Positions 1 to 14,253 are shown, counted from the stretch's first letter. The stretch: 64,000 nucleotides of DNA from Eledone cirrhosa (GCA_964016885.1 OZ024752.1:43276001-43340000); one strand, 5' to 3'. Numbers and translations: made by a program. The notes: a model not told the origin generated them from the sequence alone.

Positions 1-83
1 GTGTATTTCTCTGTGTATATCATTACTCATACACTGTTCAATCACCTGAGCACCGTACAAAATAATTTTCATTATTATTATAT

Positions 84-672
84 AGGGTCGGACGCCATGC
101 TTTGACGTATGGAGTTACGGCCCTTGCCATTCTGAGTTCAAATCCCGCCGAGGTTAACTTTGCCTTTTATCCTTACGGGGTCGATAAAATAAAGTACCAG
201 TAATGCACTGGGTATTGCTGGCCTTGTGCCTAACGTAGAAACAATTATTATTATATTGGCAGAATATAATAATTGTTTCAACTTTTGGCACAAGGCCAGC
301 AATACCCAGTGCATTACTGGTACTTTATTTTATCGACCCCGTAAGGATGAAAGGCAAAGTTAACCTCGGCGGGATTTGAACTCAGAATGGCAAGGGCCGT
401 AACTCTAAGCGTCAAAGCATGGCGTCCGACCCTCTACCGATACTGCCAATGCACCGCCATTTGTAATAATAATAATTATTATTATTGGATTGGTATCGGT
501 AACGCATCAGACATCATGCTTTGCAGCATAGAGTTACGTCCCTTTATGTTCTGAGTTCAAATCCCGCCGAGGTTAACTTTGCCTTTCATCCTTACGGGAG
601 TCGATAAAATAAAGTACCAGTAATGCACTGGGTATTTGCTGGCCTTGTGCCTAAAGTAGAAACAATTATATT
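84..672. mobile_element. Cluster of three tRNA-derived Nin/Deu-domain SINEs (84-252 +, 270-458 -, 486-672 +)
   Basis: B-box GAGTTCAAATCC, core TTTGCCTTTCATCCTTACGGGGTCGATAAAATAAAGTACCAG, (ATT)n tail. More copies at 10537, 22480-22657, 23235, 34758, 44653, 45568, 45677, 52461-52673, 57059-57273. Confidence 0.85.
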
Positions 673-867
673 ATTTTTATATTAATCTTCAACTAATATT
701 ATTTTTCTGCCAGTTCATACCTGAATATTTTACCTTTAATAATGAAATATGTTAGTCATCACCATACTTGACTAATTACCATGTACTGTACAACCCATAT
801 AATTAATAACTCAGTATTTCTATTATTTTATGACAGTTAAAGGTATAATTTATTTTGAGTATTTAAA

Positions 868-1140
868 TCATCATCATCATCATCATCACCGTTTTACGTC
901 CGTTCTTCCACGCTAGCATGGGTTAGACGGGTTGTCCTGTTGTGGGCAGTGTCTGGTCGGCTGACCATGCCTTGCTCATACAGGAACTGATCTGGCTTGA
1001 TTTCTACAGCTGGATGCCCTTCCTAACACCAACCTCATTTACAGTGAGTGCTGGGTGCTTTTTCGTGGCGCCTACACGTCCACTTTACAGTGTGGGCTGG
1101 GTGCTTTTTTGCCGTGGCACCTCCACGACCACCTTGCGGT
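868..1140 (-). mobile_element. Ceph-type SINE (RTE-like (GAT)n tail) lacking its tRNA head
   Basis: GGTGTTAGGAAGGGCATCCAGCTGTAGAAA core; colinear with the 3' part of 39975-40412. Confidence 0.85.
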
Positions 1141-1149
1141 GGGGGGGGG

Positions 1150-3808
1150 GGGGGCATATTGTTTATATGCTTCAGCATGTACCCATGGGAGGTCGGGTAC
1201 CCTGTATTACTGCGTGACGCCAGAAGTCACGGTCGTGTGTCATTGACTTTGAGAGGTGTAGTTGGGTAAGGTCGGCTTTTATCACCTCATCCCAAGTCAT
1301 CTTGGGTCTCCCCACTCCGCGGTTTCCATCAACTTCTAGTGCTCTGCACCTTTTTATGCAGCTGTCATCCTTCATACGCATCACATGTCCATACCAGCGT
1401 AACCGCCTCTCCTGCACGCAGCATTTGATTCCTCTTATGCTCAGTCTCTCTCTCAATTCATTTATGCTTTGTCGTTCACGTATATTACTGTTACACATCC
1501 ATCGGAGCATGCAGGCTTCGTTTCTCTCTAATCTACGTAAGTCTTCCACCTTCAGCGCCCAGGTCTCACTACCATGCAACATCGCTGTTCGGATACACGC
1601 ATCATACAGTCTGCCTTTCATTCTGAGGGAGAAGCCTTTTGCAGCTAGCAGTGGTAGTAGTTCCCTAAACTTCTTCCATCCCGTTCTTACCCTAGTTATT
1701 GTACTTTCTGAGCACCCACCTCCGTTGCTAATTCGGTCACCTAGGTAGCAGAAGCTGTCTACTGTTTCTACAGGGCCCTCCCAGAGATTGGTGGTACTTG
1801 TTTCCTGTGGCTGTTTGCTTGCTGTTTCAGCACAGCTGCTGCATGTGAATCCTACATTCTTAATTAAGCTTCCTGAGATCCCGCTACATCTCTTGTGTAC
1901 CCATTGTTTGCATTTGGGGCAAAGAATGGAGTTCCTACCTACACCTTTCCTACATACTGAGCAAGGCCATTTCCCTGAGGGGATCTGGGTTCTGTTTTCT
2001 CGTCTACTTATAAGGACCTTAGTCTTTGTCATGTTGACTTTGAGGCCCTTTCTCTCTAGTCCCTGCTTCCAGGTTTGGAATTTATTCTCTAGTTCTACCA
2101 TAGATTCAGCTATGAGTGCGAGGTCATCAGCATACAGGAGTTCCCATGGGCATCCGGTCTTAAACTCCTCCGTTATTGCCTGCAGGACTATGATGAACAG
2201 GAGAGGGCTAAGAACAGAGCCCTGGTGGACCCCAACCTGTACGCTAAATTCCTCGCTATACTCATTGCCAATCCTAACTTTGCTGACTGCTCCCCTATAC
2301 ATGGCTTGTACCGCTTTCACAAGCCATTCATCTACTCCTAGTTTTCTAAGAGCCCACCAGATTACTGCACGTGGAACTCTGTCAAAGGCTTTCTCAAGGT
2401 CGACAAATGCCAAGTAGAGTGGCTTACTTTTAGCTAGGTACTTTTCCTGTAATTGCCTCACAAGGAAGAGCGCATCAGTGGTGCCTTTCCCTGGAACAAA
2501 CCCAAATTGCATCTCGTCTATATTCACCCGGTCCCTAATCAGCTGTGCTATAACTCTTTCTGTTACTTTCATGACCTGGTCCATCAACTTTATACCTCTA
2601 TAGTTTCCTCTATCTAGTGCATCGCCTTTACCTTTGTAGCAGTTGACAATGATGCTACTGCACCAATCTTTTGGTATGGCCCCCTCTAGTATTACCTGGT
2701 TAACGATACGTGTGGTTATAGTGTGACCTACAGACCCAGATGCCTTCAGCATCTCGGCAGCTATACCCGATGGACCGGTTGCCTTCCCTATCTTCATATC
2801 TCTGATTGCCTTACTTACTACGCTGCCGCTGACTTGTACTGCTGGTCCCTCTATAGGGTCTACGTGGGGTAGGGTCTCTTCTTCCCATGCATTCTCCTCA
2901 TTTAGTAATCTATCATAATGACTCTTCCATGCATCTTTCTTCTCAGCACTTGTGAGGGCAAGCTCACCTTTATCATTCCGGATACACTTCTCTCCAATGA
3001 CATCACAACTATCTCTGACACACTGCCTCGCAATCTTGAATACCTCCTGTTTCTGGTCCTCACGTTGTAAAACATGCTTGAATTTTCTATCCTCTGCTTC
3101 CCTCCTAGCTAAGTATACTTGTCGCCTAGCTTCCCTCTTGGTCTCTATGTAATGTACCCTGCTCCCCCCGTTCTTCCATTCTTTCCATGCCTGTCTCTTG
3201 GCCTTGACTGCTTCATCTACTTTATTGTTCCACCACCAAGTCACTCTCCTCCTGCTTGAGGTCTTACTCCAGCCACAAACCTCATCCGTCGCCTCTAGTA
3301 AGTTATTTTTTAGGAACTCCCAGTTCTCTTCTACGTTAAATGTCTCTATCTGTTCTTCTTTACTGTCGTAGGCGTTGAGTAAAATATCTTTAAATCTGTT
3401 ACTGGTTGAGGGGACTTTCAGCTTCCAGATCTTTCTTCTCCAGGTTGGCCTCTGTTTCAGGGCTCGTCTAGTTCTGACCGTGAGGTCGCTGACAACTAAG
3501 CTATGTTGGGATGTACATTCCTCACTAGGGAAGGCTTTTGTGTTTACGACCGTCCATCTGTCACGTCCTCTGATGAGAATAAAATCTAACTGACTAGAGT
3601 GCTCCCCTGATCTATAGGTGATCAGGTGGTTGTCGGGTTTTTTAAAGTTTGTGTTACATATCGACATGTCATTGGCGTCGCAGAATTCTAGAAGTCTGAA
3701 TCCTTCCTCATTCCTTGTGCCAACTCCATGGCCTCCATGTACTCTATTGAAGCCGTCGCAGTGTTTACCTACGTGTCCGTTAAAATCTCCTGCAATGATT
3801 AAATAGTT
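1150..3808 (-). mobile_element. 5'-truncated RTE-clade LINE with uninterrupted ORF (partial APE endonuclease, RT, internal C4HC3 Zn finger)
   Basis: Frame is open upstream of the Met (IIAGDFNGHVG...EFC); SQLDFIL and SQHSLV endonuclease motifs; FVDLEKAFD, GVHQGSVLSP, LYADD; RLRWYGHV C-terminus. Confidence 0.95.
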
Positions 3809-3992
3809 TAAATAATCAACTGCTCTTTCTCCTAATCTTTCACCTTATCTATAAATATATATATATATATATATATCGATACAATTAAACTGAAACAATG
3901 AATGGACGTGTGTGTGTGTGATTGTTAGTGTATATGTGTGTGTATGCGTGTTTATCAATGGAGATATGTTTGTGTGCTTGTACATTGTGTGG

Positions 3993-4034
<42 letters not shown>

Positions 4035-4064
4035 GTATGTATGTATGTATGTATGTATGTATGT

Positions 4065-4345
4065 ATGTCAGGTCACCAGTTGGTGCTACTGGTAACATGT
4101 ATCCCAGTACAGCCTGTCTCATGGTCGGGTCGTTGGCGACTAAACTGGCAACCCCACCAAGGTTTCTTGGTGAGGAGGGTGACCTTGGACATCCTGCAGG
4201 ACTAAAAACAAAACCTGTCAAAGGGCAAAAGAGCTCTTAAGAGTCAATGGCCAACCAAAATCACCGGGAGAGTTGACCCCCTTAGCCTTTGTCAAGGCAG
4301 AATTCTAGGAGAAGGAAAACTCTGATATAACACCTGCAACCCTGA
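4065..4345 (+). mobile_element. Probable RTE-type LINE 5'-UTR fragment
   Basis: Contains TAGGAGAAGGAAAACTCTGA, a motif I recall from RTE 5' regions; GC-richer than flanks. Confidence 0.4.
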
Positions 4346-4700
4346 TGGTATCCAATGATGTTGACTTGTTCTTCTTTTTGGTAAATATCATCTTGGTTAA
4401 GAGAGTGGGACTGGCTTTGTGCAGTGCCTTTGCTCACTATAAAAGCTTCACGGCACAGACATTGCTTTATATCTGGAGATCTCTCTGCACTTGTTGTCAC
4501 ATGGTACCATGGGCCCAGCACTATGTGTCAATAATTGTCACAAGTGTAGTGTTTGTACTAGAGTTTTCAAGTCGATGGCTGGACTAAAAAGTCACACTCG
4601 TTCAGCGGCATTGGTAGGGGTTGGTTCTCCTACATGGATATAAAGTGGTGGACGTACTCGAAAACAAGTTGGCAGCCACCATGTATGTATGTATATATAT

Positions 4701-4738
<38 letters not shown>

Positions 4739-5050
4739 CGATGAAGGCGCATGGCTTAGTGGTTATATATATATAAATATATATATATGAGTAAACTGGA
4801 GCAATGTGAAATAAAGTCTTGCTCAAGGAAACAACACATCACCTGGTCTGAGAATTGAACTCACAACCGTTTGATTGCAAGCCCAATATATATATATATA
4901 CCCCACCACTCTCTGTAATATATATTAATAATAATAAATGTGAAGACTAAAATCCGAAGAGGGTGAAAGCAGCGATTCTTTGCTTAATTTTTAATCTGTT
5001 ATTTTAATATATATATATTATATATATATTATATATATATTATATATATA

Positions 5051-5107
5051 TGAAATTTCTGTTGCAAATGGTTCATTCATTCGATGAATGAACCATTTGC
5101 AACAGAA

Positions 5108-5113
<6 letters not shown>
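5051..5113. repeat. 63-bp palindrome (30-bp arms) between (TA)n tracts
   Basis: Arm identical to 5420-5449. Confidence 0.97.
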
Positions 5114-5146
<33 letters not shown>

Positions 5147-5637
5147 GGGATCGATCGACTTTCGTCAAATCGGACCGAGGAAACAATGTTTCCGTTGGTC
5201 TTTCCAGTTGCTAATACTATCTATCGGTCGCAACTCCAGGTAGAAGGAGCAACGTGAAATAAAGTGTCTTGCTCAAGGACATAACGCATCGCCCGGTCCA
5301 GGAATCGAACTCACAACCTCAAGATTGTGAATCCAATTCTCTAACCACTCAGCCACACGCTATATGGTTATGTCTCAAGAAATGAAGAGGGAGTGAGGCT
5401 CCTGGATTTTCTGGTACAAATGAATGAACCATTTGCAACAGAAATTTCAGGAAAGCAGCCAACCATCTGATTACATACTAATCAGGTGAAAACACAGGCC
5501 AGATTGATTTCTTACTCGTAAAACGTTCCACATTGCATGTCAATACTGAAGTGGGGCTACTGACCTCCGATATAGGACAAGAGGGTCTGTATCCTGCTTA
5601 CATAGTCATATCAAATGCAGAGAAGTTGTGTCTTTTA

Positions 5638-6140
5638 ACACAATGAAAAGGTCCCCCACAACCCTTTCTTTGGCCAGCTTTCTACAGCTGGATGCCCTTC
5701 CTAACAGCAACCACTTTACAGTGAGTACTGGGTGTTTTTATTGTGTAGATCAGCAGCACTAGGGATGGTGTCATGTCCTTGACACAACTAAAGGGTCCTC
5801 GCAACCCTTTCTTTGGCCAGCTTTCTACAGCTGGATGCCCTTCCTAACAGCAACCACTTTACAGTGAGTACTGGGTGTTTTTATTGTGTAGATCGGCAGC
5901 ACAAGGAACGGTGTCATGTCCTTGACACAACTAAAGGGTCCTCACAACCCTTTCTTTGGCCAGCTTTCTACAGCTGGATGCCCTTCCTAACACCAACCAC
6001 TTTACAACATATACTGTGTGCATTTATCGTATAGATCACCAGCACTAGAGAAGTTGTTGAGTCTTTGACACAACTAAAGGGCCCTTTCAACCCTTTTGCA
6101 CATGGTTTCCACAGTGGGGTGCCCTTCCTGTCGCCAAACA
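5638..6140. repeat. 143-bp tandem repeat (~3.5 copies) built on the Ceph SINE core
   Basis: TGGCCAGCTTTCTACAGCTGGATGCCCTTCC at 5671, 5814, 5957. Confidence 0.9.
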
Positions 6141-6570
6141 CCCTTACGGATTGTATCGGGTGCATTTTGTTGGTATCAGAACTAGAGAGGTTGTTGGTCA
6201 TAGACCCAACTGTGGAACCCTCTCAGCTCTGGGGAGGGGGATAGGTATGAAGTTATAGGTGTTAGTGGGGATTATGGAAAGCAATGTGTAGAGGAAGGAC
6301 GAAGGTAGGGGATTAGTGAATGGGGAATGTTGTGATATGAAAGATTTTGTCAATATGATGGGTGGGGGAAGAATTTTGACAAAAGGATTCAAAGAAAGAA
6401 AGACAAGACTTGATCATACTAAGTATTGGGGGTTAGTATTGTTGACAAAATGAAAAGGAGTGCCCAAACATGGCCACTGTTGAGTAACTTAAACTACTAA
6501 AACGATATAATTATGTAATTATGTGTGCGTGTATCTATGTAATTATGTGTTTACATATTTAATTATGGGT

Positions 6571-6918
6571 CATCATCATCATCATCATCATTTCATTTTA
6601 CGTCCGCTTTTCCCTGCTTGCAAGGGTGGGACGGGAACTGATTCTGGCTTGATTTCTACAGCTGGATGCCCTTCCTAACACCAACCTCATTTACAGTGAG
6701 TGCTGGGTGCTTTTTTGCCATGGCACCTCCACGACCACTTTGCAGTGGAATGATAGGGACCCCAGTCCTTATCATCTCATTTCTACAGCTGAGTAAACTG
6801 GAGCAATGTGAAATAAAGTGTCTTGCTCAAGGAAACAACACATCACCCGGTCTGAGAATTGAACTCACAACCTTTCGATTGCAAGGCCAATGCTCTAACC
6901 ACTAAGCCATGTGCCTCC
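6571..6918 (-). mobile_element. Full-length Ceph-type tRNA-SINE
   Basis: A box TGGCTTAGTGG, B box GAGTTCAATTC, CTTGAGCAAGACACTT, Ceph core, (GAT)n tail. Confidence 0.88.
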
Positions 6919-6925
6919 ATGCGTG

Positions 6926-7602
<677 letters not shown>

Positions 7603-7645
7603 GCGATGAATTAGTTTTGCGAGGTTTTTTATATGGAATCGTGTG

Positions 7646-8385
<740 letters not shown>

Positions 8386-8521
8386 ATATATATATATATA
8401 TAATATATATATATATATAATATATATTTTGAGTTTATGTTGGTTGTATACCAACACCTCAGTATGCAGGCTGGAGCACTCGACGAAGTGCGCAGGTTGG
8501 TTTGGTTACTCCGGAGTAGTG

Positions 8522-8963
8522 TAAAATAAAGTTAAATAAAAGTCAAATGATTAAAATTTAGCTTCGTTTATTACTGCTATATATATTTCAGTGACAGCCA
8601 TCTTTGGCTGTGACCTCTTCAGGCAGTTTGAATTAGTATGGTATAGACAAGTACATATGTTGTTTAGGTGTATGATATTGTCAATACTCTGATATGCCCA
8701 GTTCCTTGTTGTGTTGTTAATTCACTGGGGAACTGGAGTCATATGACTCCAGTTCCCCAGTGAATTAACAACCCAACAAGGAACTGGGCATATCAGAGTA
8801 TTGACAATATCATACACCTAAACAACATATGTACTTGTCTATACCATACTAATTCAAACTGCCTGAAGAGGTCACAGCCAAAGATGGCTGTCACTGAAAT
8901 ATATATAGCAGTAATAAACGAAGCTAAATTTTAATCATTTGACTTTTATTTAACTTTATTTTA
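8522..8963. repeat. 442-bp loopless palindrome
   Basis: Axis GGAGTCAT|ATGACTCC at 8742/8743; one visible mismatch between arms. Confidence 0.97.
8858..8912 (+). ncRNA. Type I hammerhead ribozyme (mirror copy at 8573-8627, -)
   Basis: ACUGC-CUGAAGA-[10-bp stem II, 1 mismatch]-GAAA-UAUAUA-UA-GCAGU; palindromic stem III. Confidence 0.82.
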
Positions 8964-9057
8964 TATATAATATATATATATATATATAATATATATATAT
9001 ATATTATATATATATATATATATAATATATATATATATATAATATATATATATATAT

Positions 9058-9088
<31 letters not shown>

Positions 9089-9184
9089 ATATATATATAT
9101 ATATTATATATATATATATATTATATATATATATAATATATATATATAATATATATATATATATATTATATATATATATATAAT

Positions 9185-9234
<50 letters not shown>

Positions 9235-9425
9235 ATATATTATATATATATATATATTATATATATATATATATTATATATATATATATATTATATATAT
9301 ATATATTATATATATATATATATATTATATATATATATATATATTATATATATATATTATATATATATATATATATTATATATATATATATATTATATAT
9401 ATATATTATATATATATATATATAT

Positions 9426-9457
<32 letters not shown>

Positions 9458-9463
9458 ATATAT

Positions 9464-9495
<32 letters not shown>

Positions 9496-9622
9496 ATATT
9501 ATATATATATATATTATATATATATATTATATATATTATATATATATATATAATATATATATATATATTATATATATATTATATATATATATATTATATA
9601 TATTATATATATATATATATAT

Positions 9623-9654
<32 letters not shown>

Positions 9655-9683
9655 ATATATATTATATATATTATATATATATA

Positions 9684-9770
<87 letters not shown>

Positions 9771-9796
9771 ATTATATATATATATTATATATATAT

Positions 9797-9827
<31 letters not shown>

Positions 9828-9899
9828 ATATATATATTATATATATATATATATTATATATATATATATTATATATATATTATATATATATATATTATA

Positions 9900-9930
<31 letters not shown>

Positions 9931-9932
9931 AT
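8964..9932. repeat. ~970-bp (TA)n array with frequent AA/TT phase shifts
   Basis: Direct. Confidence 0.98.
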
Positions 9933-9987
9933 ATCTTATCCGATATCTGCATTGCTTTATTGTACTACAATAAAACTCACCTCCTAC

Positions 9988-10096
<109 letters not shown>

Positions 10097-10140
10097 CATA
10101 TATATAACGGCAATGAATTTGTTTCGCTAGGTTATATATA

Positions 10141-10739
10141 CTAACAGAAAAACCACCCTTTGGGTAGTTTTCTGCTAGCATGTGAAGTGTGTATATTGAT
10201 ATTATACGCAAGTATATATACATGTAGGTATGATACATCAAATAAGATCGTAATTGACAATATACACAGAAATTGAACGAAGACTGCGTTACACTGTCTT
10301 ATGTAATCAGTAACGTAATCCATGATACATTAAAAAAAGACGATATTATATATAAACTGCATTAGGAGAAAATTTGTGACGGAAATATATGTATGTTTAT
10401 TTAAGCGATCGCTAACCGGAAGTGTTGACATTTGAAAATTTTAAAGAAGTGAATCTTTAAATAAATAATAAAATATATTTAATGAATAGCCACAAAATTT
10501 AGTAGATAAATTATGTAATATTCATTCATTATTTATTCAAATCCCGCCGAGGTTGACTTTGCCTTTCATCCTTACGAGGTCGATAAAATAAAGTACCAGT
10601 AATGCACTGGGTAATTGCTGGCCTTGTGCCTAAAGTAGAAACAATTATTTATTCAAAGTAATCCAACTTATTTTACTATAGGGATAAAAAATTATAAACC
10701 GTACGCAATCCCGCGCTTCTTACTTTATTATAGTTTAGA
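10141..10739 (-). mobile_element. Non-autonomous Helitron carrying a nested SINE fragment (10537-10650)
   Basis: A|TC start, terminal hairpin and TTAG|T end; colinear with 36664-37076, which lacks the SINE. Confidence 0.75.
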
Positions 10740-10772
10740 TGTATACATATATATGTATACATATATATATAC

Positions 10773-10891
<119 letters not shown>

Positions 10892-11308
10892 CAATGGAAA
10901 CCTACAGTCAGTAGGCACCTCTTAACCAAATATACACCCTAATCCACTACCCCTACCCTATCCTCCCACTCCCACCAACACCACCCTCTCTCTGTAAAGT
11001 TGGTACCACAACATCCAGTCCAAATAAATGAGATAATGAGATCGAGATCGTGTAGGTGTCACGACAAAAAAAACACACACACAGTCCACGCTGTAATGTG
11101 GTCGTGTAGGTAACACGGTAAAAAGTTCCCAGTTCCATACTGTAAATGTGGTTGGTGTTAGGAAGGGCATCCAGCCGTAGAAAACCTGCCAGATAGTCCT
11201 ATATGAGCGAGACAGTCACCCGACCAATCTTGACTCAAGGGGGACAACTTCCGTCTAACCCATGCTAGCGTGGAAGATAGACGTTAAACGAAGATGATGA
11301 GATGATGA

Positions 11309-11353
<45 letters not shown>

Positions 11354-11364
11354 TTTGTCGTTTA

Positions 11365-11964
11365 TACTAGAATTTACTTTAAAAGAATATTCAATTAAGA
11401 TATATACAAAATATATGTAGAGAAATTTTTCTAAGAAATTAACAGTTTTATTAATAAAGAAATCATTATTATTCTCAATTTCTAATTTAAGGTTGTAATT
11501 ATTGAAAAATTCTGATACTTTTCTTTTTCCTATTAAGTTCGCTATTGCTATGGTTGTCAACTATAAGTAACATATCGTCACGGCCATCTTTGCCATTTTA
11601 CTATGTAGTACATTAAGAATAAATATTCCAACGAGGTCTGTTACTTGAGCTGAGTCAGATGATCCCGTTGTGATATCGAAATTGTTCTGTCTGTCAGCCC
11701 TTGTCCAGATATGGTTATTAAATTCAATTAGGGTTTTGCATGCGGTTAAAAGGATATTTATTTCTTCACTAGATAAGTCCGTATATTTTGAAGCATAAAT
11801 AAGTGCCTTATTAAGAAAGTTAGGGGTAATTGAGGAGTAGTAATTAGCAATATCCATTTGTATAAATTTTTTCTTATGTTTTAATAACCAATCTATTACT
11901 TTATTTGTACCGTTCCATAGTTTAAGGTTTGATATATAACCTCGCAAAACAAATTCATTGCCGT

Positions 11965-12026
<62 letters not shown>

Positions 12027-12253
12027 AACAAAAGATGGTTAAAAGAGTTCCATGTATTTTATTATGCGCATTTCAAAAACAAATATTGCATGATGATATT
12101 TGTTTTTGAAATGCGCATAATAAAATACATGGAACTCTTTTAACCATCTTTTGTTCTTATATGTTATGTATACTCCAGTCCTACAAACTGTAGAGTGCTT
12201 CTTATCCGATATCTGCATTGCTTTATTGTACTACAATAAAACTCACCTCCTAC

Positions 12254-12331
<78 letters not shown>

Positions 12332-12900
12332 TCGCATAATTAAATATGTAAACACATAATTATATAGATACGCACACATAATTATATCATTTTAGTAGTT
12401 TTGCTTAAGTGCTGGTATAATCCTATCTAGTATATGTTTGCTAATTATGCCTAAATTAGACTTAGATGGTGCGATATGTCTGGCTGGTAGTTCAACTTCG
12501 AAATTTCTTTTGTGGTCCTTCATATTTATCTTCGGTTTCCTTGGTATGAAAGGTTCAGTCTTATTTTGAATACCTAATTTATAAATGATTTCCGAAGCTT
12601 CTTTATTTAGGGTTGATAGATCTTCATTAGAGGGTTTTTTATAGTTCTTCCTAAGTTCTTTCAATATTAAATTATTATAATCATCCTTTTCTATTCCGTA
12701 TAAATTATTAGTTTTGTCAGATGTTACAAGGATCTTCTTTGTTTTTTTCACGTTGTCTATTTTGTTTTTAAGGTCTTTGAGGTATTCCTGGTATATATAT
12801 TGGTTCCTTTTAAATTTAATGTTCTGTATTATGGAGATTAATTCATTTTAAAATTCGGCTAGTAGTTTATTGAAAGGTGATTTTTCCTGGATTTGAAAAT
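11365..12900 (-). mobile_element. Degenerate Penelope-like element RT region, interrupted by a ~450-bp insertion at a TATA site
   Basis: SDKTNNLY, PSKSNLG.ISKHILDRI, LWNGTNKVIDW, FIQMDIANYYSSI, FDITTGSSDSAQVTDLVG and a frameshifted GRDDMLL match PLE RT motifs. Confidence 0.88.
12020..12162. repeat. ~140-bp palindrome, same family as 19988-20328
   Basis: Axis lies inside the hammerhead stem II loop; the right arm continues to 12253. Confidence 0.93.
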
Positions 12901-13688
12901 ATGATCAAAGTTATATTTGACATTTTCCTGACATTTGTACATTATTCTATGTACTATACATGCACCTTTGATGAGTTGTAGTGCACCTGAGCACTGTACA
13001 CAATAATTTCATTATTATTATATATTTTTTCCATTTTCCGATTTGTTACGTGCATAACCATGTCACAGAAATATATATCATGCAATGTGTGTTTGTGTGT
13101 GCGTGTGTGTGTGAGTGAGAGAGAGAAAGAGAGAGAGAGAGAGTAAATCGTCTGAATTATATATCTCCCAAGCAGAAATATATACGAGTATACATTTAGT
13201 GAAACTAGTTGTCAGTACACAGTTATTTCCCTTACATTGATATGGGTTTTTTTTCCTCCTCTAACTTGTAGGAATAGCAGAATTATAAGAAAAACAATTA
13301 TATTCAGCACCCTAGCCCCTCGCTATTCTTCGGCGATATTGGATTAAGGGTTTGAATGTTGTTAGGGACTCCACAAGATTTAAAGGGACCAAAATTAATA
13401 TTTTTAACGCTTGCCTCTCATGTCATTTGTAAAACATCTGCTTAACGGTCTGAAATGACATCATGGCGATTATGTCTCCCCATGCTAGAAACTCTTGGGC
13501 ACTGTTTGTTCTTATGTAAAGACTATCAGTTTGAGAGAGAAAGGGCATTTTGAAGTTGATCGTTAAAAAGAAGGGATAAAGATTGGCGTTACAATATACT
13601 GGAAAAGATCTACCAATTATAAATAAATCTTTGATTACATGGAGGTTGCGAGAAAATTCAATAACAGAACTCGCTAGTTGCTTTACAG

Positions 13689-13760
13689 CAGGGGCGTGCA
13701 ACTGGCGGCCCGCGGGCCACAATCCGACCCGCCAGACCAGTCAGAGTGGCCTGCGATGAC
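13689..13760 (+). mobile_element. hAT/Charlie-like transposon terminus
   Basis: CAGGGGCGTGCAACT.GCGGCCCGCGGGCCA.AATCCG.CCCG pattern. Confidence 0.55.
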
Positions 13761-14020
13761 TGTTTTTTTTTTCTCAACTGTAAGATGTACTAGATACTTC
13801 CCCTAGTCTATGGTGACTTACTAGCTCTATAAAGACGTTTAAGTTGATTATATATATCTATATATATATATATATAAGGATTAGAATACTGGAGCGTGTT
13901 TGAGTCAAACACCCTCTTCGTATTATAGAAATGACAGTAAAAGGTATAGCTCAATGCAGTTAAACAGAGCCGAAAAATTAAGAGAGTAAAACAAAGAATC
14001 CTTTAATACATCAAAAGTTT

Positions 14021-14070
14021 TTATTAGCCGACAATGTTTCGTCCTATTAAGGACTCATCAGGGCAATCAA
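14021..14070 (-). ncRNA. Minimal type I hammerhead ribozyme, canonical core
   Basis: GCC-CUGAUGA-GUCC-UUAAUA-GGAC-GAAAC-AUU-GUC-GGC: perfect core, 4-bp stem II, short stem III, GUC cleavage triplet. Confidence 0.88.
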
Positions 14071-14253
14071 AACAACAAGAGGTAATTTCGGCAGATACAA
14101 GCCAGAAACTCTGAAGAATATGGAGTTTACATACACTAATGTCTTACAAAGATATACGATAATAAAAATGAAGATAAAAATAATAAAATTATAATAACTA
14201 AGGATGTAGATAACATTAAGAACCATATTACAAATATAGTCCAAAGTCACCAA

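Noticed and set aside
1302-3806. Plus-strand ORFs opposite the RTE ORF
   Set aside because: Antisense shadows with no recognisable motifs.
4100-4260. Possible HDV-like ribozyme in the putative RTE 5' UTR
   Set aside because: Could not build the nested double pseudoknot by eye; needs a descriptor search.
6845-6918. tRNA-like sequence with A and B boxes (also ~40340-40412, ~59566-59635, ~360-458)
   Set aside because: These are SINE heads continuous with SINE bodies; no proper cloverleaf.
13423-13722. 99-aa ORF with faint RNase H or hAT-like words
   Set aside because: No convincing motif set; it begins inside a transposon terminus.
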